A stretch of DNA of 62,893 nt, filler included, from Reclinomonas americana ATCC 50394 (lineage: Eukaryota), in NCBI GenBank assembly GCA_048213135.1. It is 9 parts of 3 records of this genome, joined end to end, with 100 filler letters (N's around TTAATTAATTAA, not from the genome) between each part and the next. Parts side by side here need not be neighbours in the genome. Positions count along the whole stretch, not along the records: positions 36,678 to 40,213 come from PS015303.1; positions 40,314 to 41,955 come from PS015304.1; positions 42,056 to 52,691 come from PS015304.1; positions 52,792 to 58,720 come from PS015304.1; 5 more parts are not named here. One strand, given 5' to 3'. The notes under the pieces were generated by a model that saw only the letters and a list, made by a program, of their open reading frames with translations, did no database searches and was not told the origin of the DNA. Shown here piece after piece: positions 40,213 to 52,807 of the stretch; within the stretch, counting starts at the first letter, position 1; every line of letters starts with the position of its first letter. The translations under genes and the position numbers were made by a program.

Positions 40213-41660
40213 TNNNNNNNNNNNNNNNNNNNNNNNNNNNNNNNNNNNNNNNNNNNNTTAATTAATTAANNNNNNNNNNNNNNNNNNNNNNNNNNNNNNN
40301 NNNNNNNNNNNNNTGTGTGAGAGAGTAAGAGACGCAACTGTGCAGCAACTCGGCGGCCGAGGAGGCTGACATGATGGTTGCTGCTCTGCGTGTCGTGTCG
40401 TGTGTCGTGCGAAGTTGGGACGCTGCGGACCGATTTTTGCGAACAAACAGCAACGTTTTATCGATCAGCACATAAGCGCATGGAACGCTAGCTTGATGTA
40501 GGTGTGCTGAATGCACAATGCCGATCGATAGCATTACAGCAGCTATCGCGACGTTTTTCGACCGATATCGATATTTCGATCGCTTGTGTTTTTTTCGTTG
40601 CTGCAGCTTGCAGCTGGCCATGGATATCGCCCGAACTCCGACAGGCTGTAGTGCAGCTGCATGTCGATCACCGTCTTGGGTGACCACCAGGAAAAACAAC
40701 AACTTTACTAATCCAAACGAGAAACATCGACTTTGACATGTCAAATGTCGACAATTCTGCAAAAGAAGCCACGGCTCATGTGGCAAGCTCACGGATAGCA
40801 CGCTGCTCTCCACTAGTACTTACAGCAGTCTTTGTGCTCATGCTCTGGAACCTGCAGGCTGCGTTGCTATCGATTTCGCCGCCGAATTGGCTTCATCGCC
40901 AGTATCCGGTATTTCGAATTGTTTTTCTTAGCAATCGTCTTCCTTCCTACCAGCTGCGACGAAGGCCTGCCCCCGTTATACCACATGCACCCACATGTAC
41001 TCTTGCGCCGAATCCGCTCCAAAGAGAAGCACAGCGCAGCGCCATTCGAATTGCAACTTCGAATTCGCGATCGCGATCGGTCTCCTCCGAGTGCTGCTCT
41101 CGCACTCCCCTCACCACACCGCTACTTCTACGTGCACAGGCTCGCATCCACACACACGCAGTTCGCCATTAACGCAATCGTACAAAGCACCTCAATTTCG
41201 TTGAAGTACAAGTGAACGGATTGGTGAACAAGGTGCGTGCAACGCGAGAGACGCTCTCTCACTCACACTCGCACCTGTGAGTCAGTCTGTGACAGAAGAA
41301 GAGAGCGTGTGCACACACACACACGTCTCTCTGTGTGTATGCGTGTGTGTGTGTCATATTCGTGTGCAACATGTCACTTCTCTCACTCGCGCTCTCACCA
41401 CTTACAATGTGCACTCCTCTGTATGCCTCATGCTCTCTCTCATTACTCTCTCACACTGTGTGCATGCGATCGCTTTTGTCATGCAATTCGTTAATCGCTT
41501 TCACTCTCTGTGTGTGTGTGTGTGTTTCTTCTCTCACTGACTCTCTTTCTTGTGTGTTGGTGCTCAACGCGCAGAGGGAGTAAGAGAGAAAGGCAAGAGG
41601 CAAATCGACTTGCGCGCTTTTTTCTCAACTTTTCATCAATCATGCAAGCTGCGGTGAGTT

Positions 41661-41863
41661 GTGCGCGAAAAGAGAGAGAGAGAGAGAGAGAGTGAGGGAG
41701 GGACACAAGCACACACACACACGAGGGAGAGAGAGAGAGAGGACGATGCCAAGAGTCACCTGCAAGCATTCACTTGGAAAGAGCGACTGGGATTGAGCCT
41801 TTGAGCGATCCACCGCACACACACACACATGTACACACACACATACACACACACACATGCACA

Positions 41864-41895
<32 letters not shown>

Positions 41896-42056
41896 CATGC
41901 ACACACACGCACACATGCAGGGAGACTGGAGCAACACGCAAGCATTCACTTGGGGNNNNNNNNNNNNNNNNNNNNNNNNNNNNNNNNNNNNNNNNNNNNT
42001 TAATTAATTAANNNNNNNNNNNNNNNNNNNNNNNNNNNNNNNNNNNNNNNNNNNNA

Positions 42057-42130
<74 letters not shown>
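41661..42130. repeat. Cluster of (GA)n and (CA)n microsatellites
   Basis: Direct inspection. Confidence 0.85.
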
Positions 42131-42275
42131 AGACACATGTGCGGAGAGAGGTACACGGATTCACCGCCTGCAGCTCTGGTGCCATGAACTTGGGCGAGAA
42201 TCTGCACAGCCTTCACTGCTATTCCACTCATCTCTCTTTCCTGTCTCCTTCTCCTTATCATTCTCACAGGAGGAA

Positions 42276-44206
42276 ATGGCCATCCGACGATCGTCGGTGG
42301 TGCGCGATCCGTCGCCCAATCGCTTCACCTCGCCTGGTCGTGGTATCGAGTCGCAGCCGTATGTGGGGCCGTCGTCGTTTGGCACCGCTCCGCGCCTGCC
42401 CATGCCGGAGCCGAATCGTTTCGTCCCTGCTCATCTGTATGCACATCTGTGTGCTTGTGCTGATGACGTGTGTCACCGCAGCTGGTCCGGGTCTGGCGTA
42501 CAACGAGCACCGTGAGGAGCAGATAGCAGGCGGTCGCATTAATCCGTCAGTTTCGTGACGGGAAGGGAAGGGATCGAGCGACAGAGACAACGATCTTGTC
42601 CGCGATTTTCGTGCTTCACTTGTGCAATCGCCACACATTCCAAGCGTCTCATTCACTGCCATTGTTTCCCGCGTTCGACTCTCTTTGTCGTTGTGCTGCT
42701 CGCAAATGCAGTTACTCTGCACCCTCTGTCTCAGTGGTGCTGCTGCTCTTTTTTTGTGATATCACTCTCTTGTGCGAAGCCATGCGCGTCCAGTGTTCCA
42801 CTCTGTCAGTCCCAGCATGACCGCTCTTGCCAGCTTCTGATTCTCATTGTGCTTCTGTCACTCTCGTTTGTCTCTCTTGCATCCTGCTTTTCACTCTCGT
42901 GGGGTATCTGTCGCTCACCTGCTTCTCTGCGTCCGTATTCTTCGTCATTCTGCCATTTCGAACTCACTGCCTCTGCATCCTGCTTTCATTCGCCTCTCCT
43001 GTTTTCGGTAGTGATTCATAGTATCACATCGTCCCTCTGGCCTTCTCGGTCGCTGCTCTTGTGTGCCCGTTCCTGCATTCCCCGTATCACTTTACTTTGT
43101 CTCTTCTCCTCACCCTTGTCTCCCCCACAGGAGCGCCGTTTCGTCACCGACCAGGACATCCGCCAGCGCTCTTGGCAGCCTCGTTGCGCTTGTCTCCACA
43201 TGCCACCTCCCTTCTCCACTTCACCTCACGCTTCTCCTCCACCCAGCGCCCGGCTCCTACGACCCCGACGTCTCGTCCTTCAAGTCCAAATCCTTCAATC
43301 GCTTCGTGCAGCAGTCACTCGTCTCCACCCAAAAGCATGCCGTCAGTTGCGCTCCCTTTGCCCTGCATCTCCCGCTTCTCCTCGTCTCCACACTCACCTC
43401 CCGCGCGCTCATCACGCAGTGCTCGGTCGCGAGGGAGACCTGGGCCTGCACAAGACGCGGCGTTCCAAGAAAAAGGCCGCCGAGGAGGAGAAGCAGAAGA
43501 AGCAGAAGCAGAAGCGCCCGGCTGCGCCCGACGCCCCGTTCTGGGAGCGTCTGTACAAGAAGGCCGACGTGCCGGCCACTCCGTGGGAGCCACCACCGAG
43601 TGCTCGTTCCAAGTTTTGTGCACCTTGTCGCGCACGCTGTGCGTGTCCCCTTCTCACCCTCTCGCGCACAGTGTCTCATACGGCAGCTTCCACTCGCGGC
43701 ATAGCGTCACCTTCCGCGGTGAGGAGAAGCGTAACCGCACACCCGTGTCACGATACCGTTCGACGGATCCGGTGGAGCTCGGCCTGGAGAAGCGGGCACG
43801 CTCGCCACTGAGCTCACGCAATCCGTCGCGCGTCAACTCGAACCCGTCGTCGGCACGTGGCGACATGGCTATGCCCGTGCCCGCCGAGTCGACGGCGAGT
43901 GCCGCCAGTCGGCCAGTGCCGGTTGACGATCGACCACCATGGTTTGACAGAAAAGCTGTATTTCCTTCACATGCTGTTTCTCTCCCGCTCACGCACTCCG
44001 CGCATAGGGACGAGACTTTTTCACGCCGTGCTCGTGCCCCCTCACCAGTGACTCCGCGACCGTCAATGGCCATGGTCAGTGCGCGTCGCCCCTCCACTGC
44101 CTCCGTAACGTCGCAGTCACGGTCGCGAACACCACAAGGGGTGCGTGCATTTCATGTGTGGCTGTGTCTCGTGTCGCCGATATTCACTTGGAAGATCTAT
44201 CTTCCC

Positions 44207-44240
<34 letters not shown>

Positions 44241-45194
44241 CTTCTTTCCTCTCTCGTACGCTCTCACTGTCACATTCACCCTTTCTCTCTTTATTTCATC
44301 TTCGTCTTTCCCTCCCCCCTCCCATTCTCTCTATCATCTTCCCTCTTTCCCTCTCTTCCTCTCTCTCTGTCTTTGATCTTCCTCTTTCCGTTTCCCCCGC
44401 TCATTCTCTCATTCTTTCCGTCCATTTCTCTCACTTGCACTCGAGCTCACCCGTTCTCTCTTTTTTCACCTTTCTGTTTCTCCACTTTCCCTTTCCTTTC
44501 TTCTCTCTCTCACTCTCTCCTTCGCTTTCCCTTTCACCTCCCTTCACTTCGCTCACCCTTTCCCACTCCCCCCTCACAGGGCCGCTCTCCCTCGCCTCTC
44601 CGCCAAAACGGCTTCCCGCTGCCGCTGTCGCCGCAGCCGCCGAGCCAGCGCTCCGCCCTCATGCACCAGTCGTTTGGATCGGTGCACGGTATGCCGGGCT
44701 TTGACGCCTCGGGCGGCACTGGCGACCACTACTCCATGTCGTCCTTCGACGGCACCGCCAATGCCAGTGCCACTGCCGCCGCCGTCCGCGGCATGCCACC
44801 TCTGGCACTCCCGCCGCCCGGTCAATTCCACCACTCCAACAGCGGCGCCGTGAACGAGCACTACAGTGCCGGTTCGTCACGCATTCCCTCTGTGCGAAGA
44901 CCAACCCCGATTGATTCGCCCGCCGAGGCCCGTCGCGCCCCCACACCTCGTCGCGACCGCGATTTCATGGTCATGGACACCCCAGCGACCTACGGTAACA
45001 CATTTGGGAAAGGAAGGCCGCGAAAGAGAGAGTCTGACACTGTGCATTGTACGTGGGCAGATGACCTCGTGCCTCCGTCAGTCACCGACGCCGGTCTCCT
45101 GTTGTCCATGGACGGCGACGACGTCGAGGACTACCACGATGCGCGATATCGACCGGTCTTCCGTCCCTCTTCGCGTAACTCACAGCGCCGATAG
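42276..45194 (+). CDS. Low-complexity R/S/P-rich protein with STPG/SHIPPO-like (PGxY) motifs; possible flagellar protein
   Basis: SSFGTAPR, AGPGLAYN, PAPGSYDP, TPATYGNTFGKGRPR; multi-exon with two long pyrimidine-rich introns. Confidence 0.45.
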
Positions 45195-46406
45195 AGAGAG
45201 ACACAGACAGACAAACAGAGAGAGATAAGCCCCTTCGGCGACGTCGATTGCCACGAGAACGCGAGGACAAACAACCTGTAAATGCGTCCTACGATGCTCT
45301 TCCCATTCGTTCGTCTCAGTCAGTCTTAATGCCAAAAAATTTAATAATGCCAGCATTTTTGAGTAAAAAAATGAGAATGCTAGCACTTTGGAGTCAAAAA
45401 GAGGAAATGCTGGCAGAATAAAATACAGAATGCTTAGGTTTACGGTGTGTTGGAAGTCCGAAACGGGTGCGTTTTCGTGCTCTTGTAAGCGTGCTAGCGC
45501 ATCAGATGCAGCAGTTTTGTTGCTGATCAGGTTCTATAAGCCCCCGCTGACTGTGGACCATCGACAGATTGGCTTTGCAGCGAAAACAGGGTCGAAGTTC
45601 ACATGATTCGGTCAATCTGTCCGATCAACGGAGTCGAATTGTTCTGCTATGCAGCCAGGATCGGGGAGAGAATAGCGGCGCGCTGCGCGCGATCGGTACC
45701 AAGAGAGACTTACATGTGTGTTATTCGTCGTGGCTGCATGCGCCGGAAAGCACATTTTTGTGCGACGTCGACGCTGAAAAGTGAAATTTCGAGGGTCGAG
45801 GGTCACCAAGGCTGCACAAACGACAAGCACACATACCAAGAACGCTCGTTCTAGGCAGCAGTCCCAAAATGAAAAGGCCCGGCCAAATTTTAAAAATGCC
45901 GCTCGCAAAAATGAAAAGACTTTGTCCCCGTACCCCCCCACGTCACTTACACACACGAGAGAGCAAGGGAGGAGGGAGCAACAGAGAGTGTGAGAGAGAG
46001 ACACTCTCGCGCTCGTGTGTTTGTGTGTGTGTGTGCGCGTGTGAGTGAGTGACACTCGCTTGCACACTGCGCACTGCACGCAGCGAAAGAGAAGAGAGAG
46101 ACTTGTTGTGTGTGTGTGTGCCTCTCTCTCTTTGTCATTGTGTAAACACGTTGGTGCACGTGTGTGTGTAAGAGAGAGAGAAAGAGACACGAGCGCAACA
46201 GAGTGTGAGTTTGCGAAAATCAGGTGAGAACATGCGTTGTGTGTGAGTGTGTCTCTCTGTGTGTCTCTGTGTGAGTGAGTGTGTGTGTGAGGCAAACGTC
46301 AGCGCTCACTGTCTTTTCACACTTCAATCGTCGCATATTGATCACTGCCTGTTCTTTGTGTGAAAGGGCTGTGTGTGTGAGAGAGAGGAAGAGTCTTTTG
46401 TGTGTC

Positions 46407-46445
<39 letters not shown>

Positions 46446-47092
46446 ACAGAGAGTGTGCATCTTTGGGTGCTATGTGTGTGCATGACCACGATTGCGAACG
46501 CGGCTTTCAACTTCCTTTTGTGGCGAATTGACGATGCTCGTTTTTCTCTTTCCTCTCTCTCTCTCTGTCTCTGTCTGTGTGTCTCTCTTCACTCTCTTCC
46601 TCCACACGCATGTGCACCGTGTTCCGATCTGTTCTCCGCTCAGCGTCTTTGGCAACATGCAATTATGTCCTGCTTGTAAACTCCTTTACCTTGTATGTCG
46701 ATAACATGCAAAGATTCTCGCCACCTATTTGCGCTCTTCTTTCTCTTTTCATTCTCTCATCTCTCTCTGGCATGTACAGTCGCTCATGTGGCGATAGATG
46801 GGCTCGGTTTCCTTGTGTTCCTTTCTGTCTGTGTTTGTTGCACGCCGTTGCTCATGAGCCTTCTTTTTGCCCGTTTTTTCTGTCGCGAAAGACCACTTGT
46901 TTCGATACAGATTTGTCGCGCACACACAAAGGCTCACGCACACACGCACGCACACACACTCGGTGCTTGTTGCTGGGCAGAGAGTGCGTGTTTGTGGGTG
47001 TGTCTCATTAATTGGGCGTCCGCGCAACCAATCATTGCTGTTTTCTCACTGTCACTCGCTCCCTCTCACGGTCGCAACAGTGCCGGGCGAGA

Positions 47093-50000
47093 ATGACAGA
47101 CAGTTCATCAGGCGACATGATGATGTCGCCGTCGCCAATGACGGACGGCGACAACCCGATGGCGGTGCAGAGTTGTGACATTCCCAGCTTTGTCGCCGGC
47201 ACCGCGTTTGTGATTCTGCTGGTGCACGCCAGCGTGCTCTTCACCATCTCGTTGCGGCGCTTCTTTGCCAAGGACTCGCAACTGCGGCAACAGATACGTG
47301 ACGCCAGAGGGCCGGTCGTCTTGGCGGACCGCGACGGACACAGCCACCACGCCGCTCACTTTTGGTCAACAGCCACGTGGGTGTTTGCCTCGGCTATGCT
47401 GCTGGGTCTCTGTTGCGTCTCCATTGTGTGAAAGTGTGTGTGTGTGTGTGTGTGTATGTATGTGTGTGTGTATGTATGTGTGTATGTGTGTGTGTGTGAG
47501 TGAGTGTTACGACGGTGACTCAAAGAAAATGTCGGCGGTGACGTGCGCACACAGCGGTGGGCTCCTGCAACATTTTTGCTGGCTTCTTCCAGGACAATTG
47601 CACCGCTGCCACACCCGTCTCGCGCCGCAAGGTGGCCATTTTGTGTTCACCATCGGCGTTGGCCGATCGGTTGGTGTTTATCATTCTCAGTAGGATGTGG
47701 TGCGTTTTGGCAATGATCATCTCCGGCCGTCATCTGCCAATGCGAGGCTCAACAGCTTTTTTCTGTCCCCTCCTCTCGCAGGTTGAGATTCACGCAACGA
47801 GTCATGCATCGGCGGTCCAACTGGCTGAACACCCTCCTGGTGGTTCTGGCTCCATTCTACATTGCTGTTTTCGTCATCACTGAGGTCGTCGTTGTGGCCT
47901 CGTCGCAAGTGGAACGATCATTCGCTTTTACGATCTTTTCGGTGCGCTAAACTCTCATTGGTCACCCTCTTGATCGTCAGCACCCGCTCACTCGTGATTC
48001 GTCGACGCAGGTTGGCTTCTTGCTTGTCCTGTTCCTGATGGTACTGTGCCTAATATTACTGGGCCAACTGTGGACCGGAACCGATGCATTCGCCAAGCTC
48101 ACGCGCGCGCAGAGGTGGTACGCACTCAAGGTGTGTTGTCTGTCTCTCGCCGGACTCTCCATTCTTTTCCGACCGTCCTCCCCTGCTCACCTGCATCTCT
48201 TCGATTGATGACTACTCGCAGCTGGCGATTGTCGTGCTTACATACGTGGCCGGTGGATTGAGTCGACACCTGTACACGGGAGTAGAGATGATTCGGAGCG
48301 AGCAGCCGCGCGGTGGTCGTTACCAGGACCCCATCGCTCAGGCGATTGCGCAGTTTCTGCCCATCGAACTGTGTTTGATTGTGTTTGGACTTCACGGTGG
48401 CGCTGTTATGCCATCGTTGGACGAACAGGCACCCGATGCTGTCGCAGCTCGTAACCGCGCTGAGGTCCGTCTCTCAGATCTGCAACGCTAGTGCTCGACC
48501 ATCGCTGACATCTCTTTCCTCCCCCCGTCTCCCCCTTCCCCCTCTCCCCTCTCCCNNNNNNNNNNNNNNNNNNNNNNNNNNNNNNNNNNNNNNNNNNNNN
48601 NNNNNNNNNNNNNNNNNNNNNNNNNNNNNNNNNNNNNNNNNNNNNNNNNNNNNNNNNNNNNNNNNNNNNNNNNNNNNNNNNNNNNNNNNNNNNNNNNNNN
48701 NNNNNNNNNNNNNNNNNNNNNNNNNNNNNNNNNNNNNNNNNNNNNNNCCTTTTCCCCTCTCCCTCTCCTTCCCTCTCCTTTTCCTGCGCAGACGCTGGAG
48801 GAGGGCAACGGCGGCCGGGAACTGTCGCAGCTCAGCGCACGCGATAGTGACAGCGCGGCGCAGTTGTCGTCTGCATCATCGTCGCAGATGGCACTGCTGG
48901 GTGACGAAGGCAGTCGGTCGATAGCCACCGTTGGCGACACGACAATACCGAGAATGCCGCGAATTCAACCGGCGCTTCCGCGGTCTGCAGCAGCCGCGGA
49001 ACCGCCACCACTTGTTGGATCGTCAGTGCTCGACGTACGAGAAGCGCCGCTGTATCGAGCAGCTTCGGCGTTTGATTTAGCACCGCCGCCGGCGTCAGAT
49101 GCGCCCAGTGGCCTCTGGATGTCATCGAGCAATGCCAATGACATGGAGGCCAAGAGTCTGGCTCCGGTCTCCGAGACTGTCGATTCACCATTCCAAGAAC
49201 AGCGGCGCGGTAGTGGTGAACAGTCTGTGCATCTGACCCTGGCCTCCCTGGCGTTAGAGAGAGTTGCGACGCGACATTTCCGGATCATGTGTGTCGGTCT
49301 GTTGCTCACTTTGCTTCCTGCACGAAGGTAAACTCCCCGGCGCTCTCCACGGCACCGAGTGACAAGTACCTGGTGCCGCTGAGTCGTCACGAGTCGTCCC
49401 CTGTTATATTGCGGCGACATACTGACGGCACATCGGTGTGCATGGACGATAAGGCGTTTGGTGACGAGGAGGACTCGGTGGAGATGGAACCACCGCAGTG
49501 GACTCCGCAACATCGATTCGCTTCAGCCGTCGCCCGCAGTCCCGACTCCGCGTCTGCGGCACCCAGAGCCGCCGCCGGTGGTACACTAGACAGTGGTCCT
49601 GTACCATCATTACTGTCCGCGGCGCAGGTGAGCACTGCTGGGTCTCTCTCTCTCTCTCTCTCTCTCTNNNNNNNNNNNNNNNNNNNNNNNNNNNNNNNNN
49701 NNNNNNNNNNNNNNNNNNNNNNNNNNNNNNNNNNNNNNNNNNNNNNNNNNNNNNNNNNNNNNNNNNNNNNNNNNNNNNNNNNNNNNNNNNNNNNNNNTCT
49801 CTCTCTCTCGCGTCAGTGTGTGTGCTCATGTATGCTCGAGCAGGCGCAGGCAGATGAGAGCCAGCGATTAGATGCTTCGTACTCTCCCATGTCGCCGTTT
49901 TCAGTTAACGCAGCTGTTGCGTTCCGCGTGCTTTGGTGTTGTCCTCCTTCCAGTGTTTGCTGATTGCTGATGTTGTGCTGCAGTCACCAATGCGTCGTGC

Positions 50001-50850
50001 GAGTGCCGATGTTAACGTGCGTGTCTCTCTGTGTCTGCGTGTTCCATGTGTGCCGTTGCTGACATTATCGGTAACAGGGCCGACTTTTCCGCCACGACGA
50101 CGATGGAGAAGGCGACGACTTTTCTCTCGAGGACGACGTGAGGTGGAATCCGGTGAGTGTTGTGGCGACGACTGTTGCGACGACATATTTTTTTTGACTG
50201 CAGCTCACGCGCTTGTGTGCAGAATGTGGTACTCGCCCGCGGTGATGACGCGACATTAGATACATCTGCAGCAATGTTCAGTTGGCCGGCGTGGGTCGGA
50301 GGACCGCAGGATGCTGATACACCTCGGCAGCACACCGGTGCCGACGATTCAAGCCTCGGCTCGACGCTTCCATCGGTGTGTGTTTCTGTGGTGTGCAGTC
50401 GAGTTTGCAAGAGTATCGCTTAACGTTGCATGTTGCGCAGGTATTGACACGGAGTGAACACGCCGCACACAGTGGATCCAGATCGTCACCTGACGATGAC
50501 GGTAGCACGGTACATGGGACGTGACATACCAAGCTATTGTAATACGTTCTGTAATGCGACTCGTACCTGCGGCGTTATCATGACCCTTATTCATTGGCTA
50601 TGCATCCGACGAGCGTCGTTGTGGAGAGGGGGGCATGAGGAGACCGCCTATCGACGCTGAGCCTGCCGTTTCCACGACACTGTCGACCAACATCTCCGCC
50701 TCCTCCATGGGCGACGGTGTGAATGCCATCGAATCGCCGGCCAGCAACACCGCCGCGTCCAGTGCTCTTCGCAGCACCATCTCGCAGTCGGCTTGGTCAG
50801 CCGAGCCGGTACGACGCGATGTGCTGCGAGAGTCGCGAGTGAGCAATGAN
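47093..50850 (+). CDS. Multi-pass (probably 7TM, GPCR-like/THH1-GPR137-like) membrane protein with long Ser-rich cytoplasmic tail
   Basis: Hydrophobic spans FVAGTAFVILLVHASVLFTISL, TWVFASAMLLGLCCVSI, ALADRLVFIILS, TLLVVLAPFYIAVFVI, GFLLVLFLMVLCLILLG, LAIVVLTYVAGGL, AQFLPIELCLIVFGL; then S/P/D-rich exons. Confidence 0.55.
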
Positions 50851-51044
50851 NNNNNNNNNNNNNNNNNNNNNNNNNNNNNNNNNNNNNNNNNNNNNNNNNN
50901 NNNNNNNNNNNNNNNNNNNNNNNNNNNNNNNNNNNNNNNNNNNNNNNNNNNNNNNNNNNNNNNNNNNNNNNNNNNNNNNNNNNNNNNNNNNNNNNNNNNN
51001 NNNNNNNNNNNNNNNNNNNNNNGGGGAAAGTCGATGCCAAAGCA

Positions 51045-52500
51045 CTAGGGGGAAATGTGGCACAACTTCATGCGCACAGCGATGCGAGAGGCCAGTGTGG
51101 CGGCCAGAGCCGGGTACGACGTGGCGCGTGCCAGCGCCAACACAGAGTTGCAATCCTTTTCGAGGGCGTCGCGTTTCTTGATCCGCCCAATGCGGTCCAA
51201 TGCCGCCTCCAGAGCGGAATCACGCAGCAACGCCGACAGCGGACTCTAGCCGGGCGGGGTGAGCGAGACACGCAACCATCTCTCTTCTCCTCTCCTCCAT
51301 CTCACCTCGGTGGACGCGGCGGGCACGGGTACTTCCAGCGGCATCGACTCGGGTACTTTGCGACCGTCCACCTCCTCGCCCTCGTACGTGGACAAGTGCT
51401 GAAAGGGCACCGGGTCGGCCAGCCACGGAAGCGGTTCGGACCGATCAATAACATCGAGTACCATCACTACAACAATAACACACACACGAGGTGAGTGGGA
51501 CACACCAACAGGGGGGAGGTGCAGTGCCGCGCAGATACCGTTCTTGTCCTTGTCGGCAACTGCACACACGAGGCCGACAAACATGTCGCCCAGTGACACC
51601 ACGCCGGCCATCCGTAACCGCAGAAGGGAGTGGCCGAGGGCGATGAAGAAGGCAGCACGCTCAGGCGCGTCTGTGCGCGAGTGCATGAGAGGGTGTAGTA
51701 GCACCGACTGAAGCAAAGAATTAAACACCGCAACTGCGTGTAATGATAAACCGCTGTGTCACGGGTGGGTACATGATGTGGTGCAGCCACACGAAGCCAT
51801 TGATCGCCAGCACAGCCGGGAAGCCGGATTCGTCTGCAGTTTGGTAGACATGAGGGAGAGACACACACACATTGTCCAGATGCGCCACCGAGGGACGCAA
51901 CCAAAGAGCGGCAAGGTGTGCGGATCGGGATTGAGGAGCACCAGCGACCGCAGATTGCCGACCGCCAGATGACCTTGATAGTGGCCACAGTAGGTCTCCA
52001 CCAGCGCTGCGCTGACAGCCTCCGGCGCACCTTCTCTATACGACTCCACAGAGCAATTCTTGGACGAACGCAGCACGTCCAGAGCTGACGGCAGCAACGT
52101 TAGAACAACACCAATGAGAGTGGGATAAACAACAGCGTGTTTCTGCCTCTCTTCTTTCCCCCTTCCTCGCCCTCACCATCACCCACACCACGCGTATCCT
52201 CCAGCAACACAAGAATGATCCTCAAGCGTCGTTCAGCCAACGACGCCACCGCTGCCAAGTTAGCCGCCTTACCTGCTCGACATCGCCAAGTTACGACAAC
52301 AGCAGCGATCGCACCACTCGGTCTTAGAGGTGCACAGACGCAACAGAAATGCGCGTCAGTGATGAAGAAGAGCTTGGGTTGACCGGCACTCCCACCGCCG
52401 CTGTCGACATGCGAGGCGAGATGTCTCCTCACAAGCTCGTTGAGTGCGTCTCCGCGCGATGGCGTCGGAAGGAACTCGGTGCGCGTCTCACTGATCGACA
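51045..52500 (-). CDS. INTS14: Integrator complex subunit 14 (VWA9) homologue, 5' partial
   Basis: KLFFITDA; YQGHLAVGNLRSLVLLNPDP; LAINGFVWLHHIMYPP; FFIALGHSLLRLRMAGVVSLGDMFVGLVCAVADKDK; EPLPWL. These are colinear with my recollection of INTS14 (LKCGHLTADVQVFPRP; LEIVGF..ISSPP; FCVLLHGSLKVEGMVAIVQLG; EPLPWL). Confidence 0.72.
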
Positions 52501-52807
52501 AGCAGTCAGTAAAGCACAGTGACTGTCAACTCTCTCCTCTCTGCCTCTCCTGCGTGTCACTCGCATGCAACTTGTTTTCCTCTCTCTCTCTCTCTCGTGC
52601 ATGCAGCTTCTCTCTCTCTCTCTTTAGAATCAGCAATGCATGCAGCTTGTCTCTTTCCCTCCTCTTCTCCTCCTCCTCCTCCTCCTCCTCCNNNNNNNNN
52701 NNNNNNNNNNNNNNNNNNNNNNNNNNNNNNNNNNNTTAATTAATTAANNNNNNNNNNNNNNNNNNNNNNNNNNNNNNNNNNNNNNNNNNNNGCACACACT
52801 CACTCAC

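Noticed and set aside
40738..41172. 144-aa ORF in the intergenic region
   Set aside because: No recognisable motif, and codon style is unlike neighbouring genes.
42555..44704. 418-aa and 547-aa ORFs rich in Leu/Ser/Phe resembling membrane proteins
   Set aside because: They arise from stop-poor pyrimidine-rich introns read through in frame.
51045..52500. Continuation of the POLE C-terminus
   Set aside because: There are no CysA/CysB zinc fingers, the sequence matches INTS14 instead, and a linker gap separates it from POLE.
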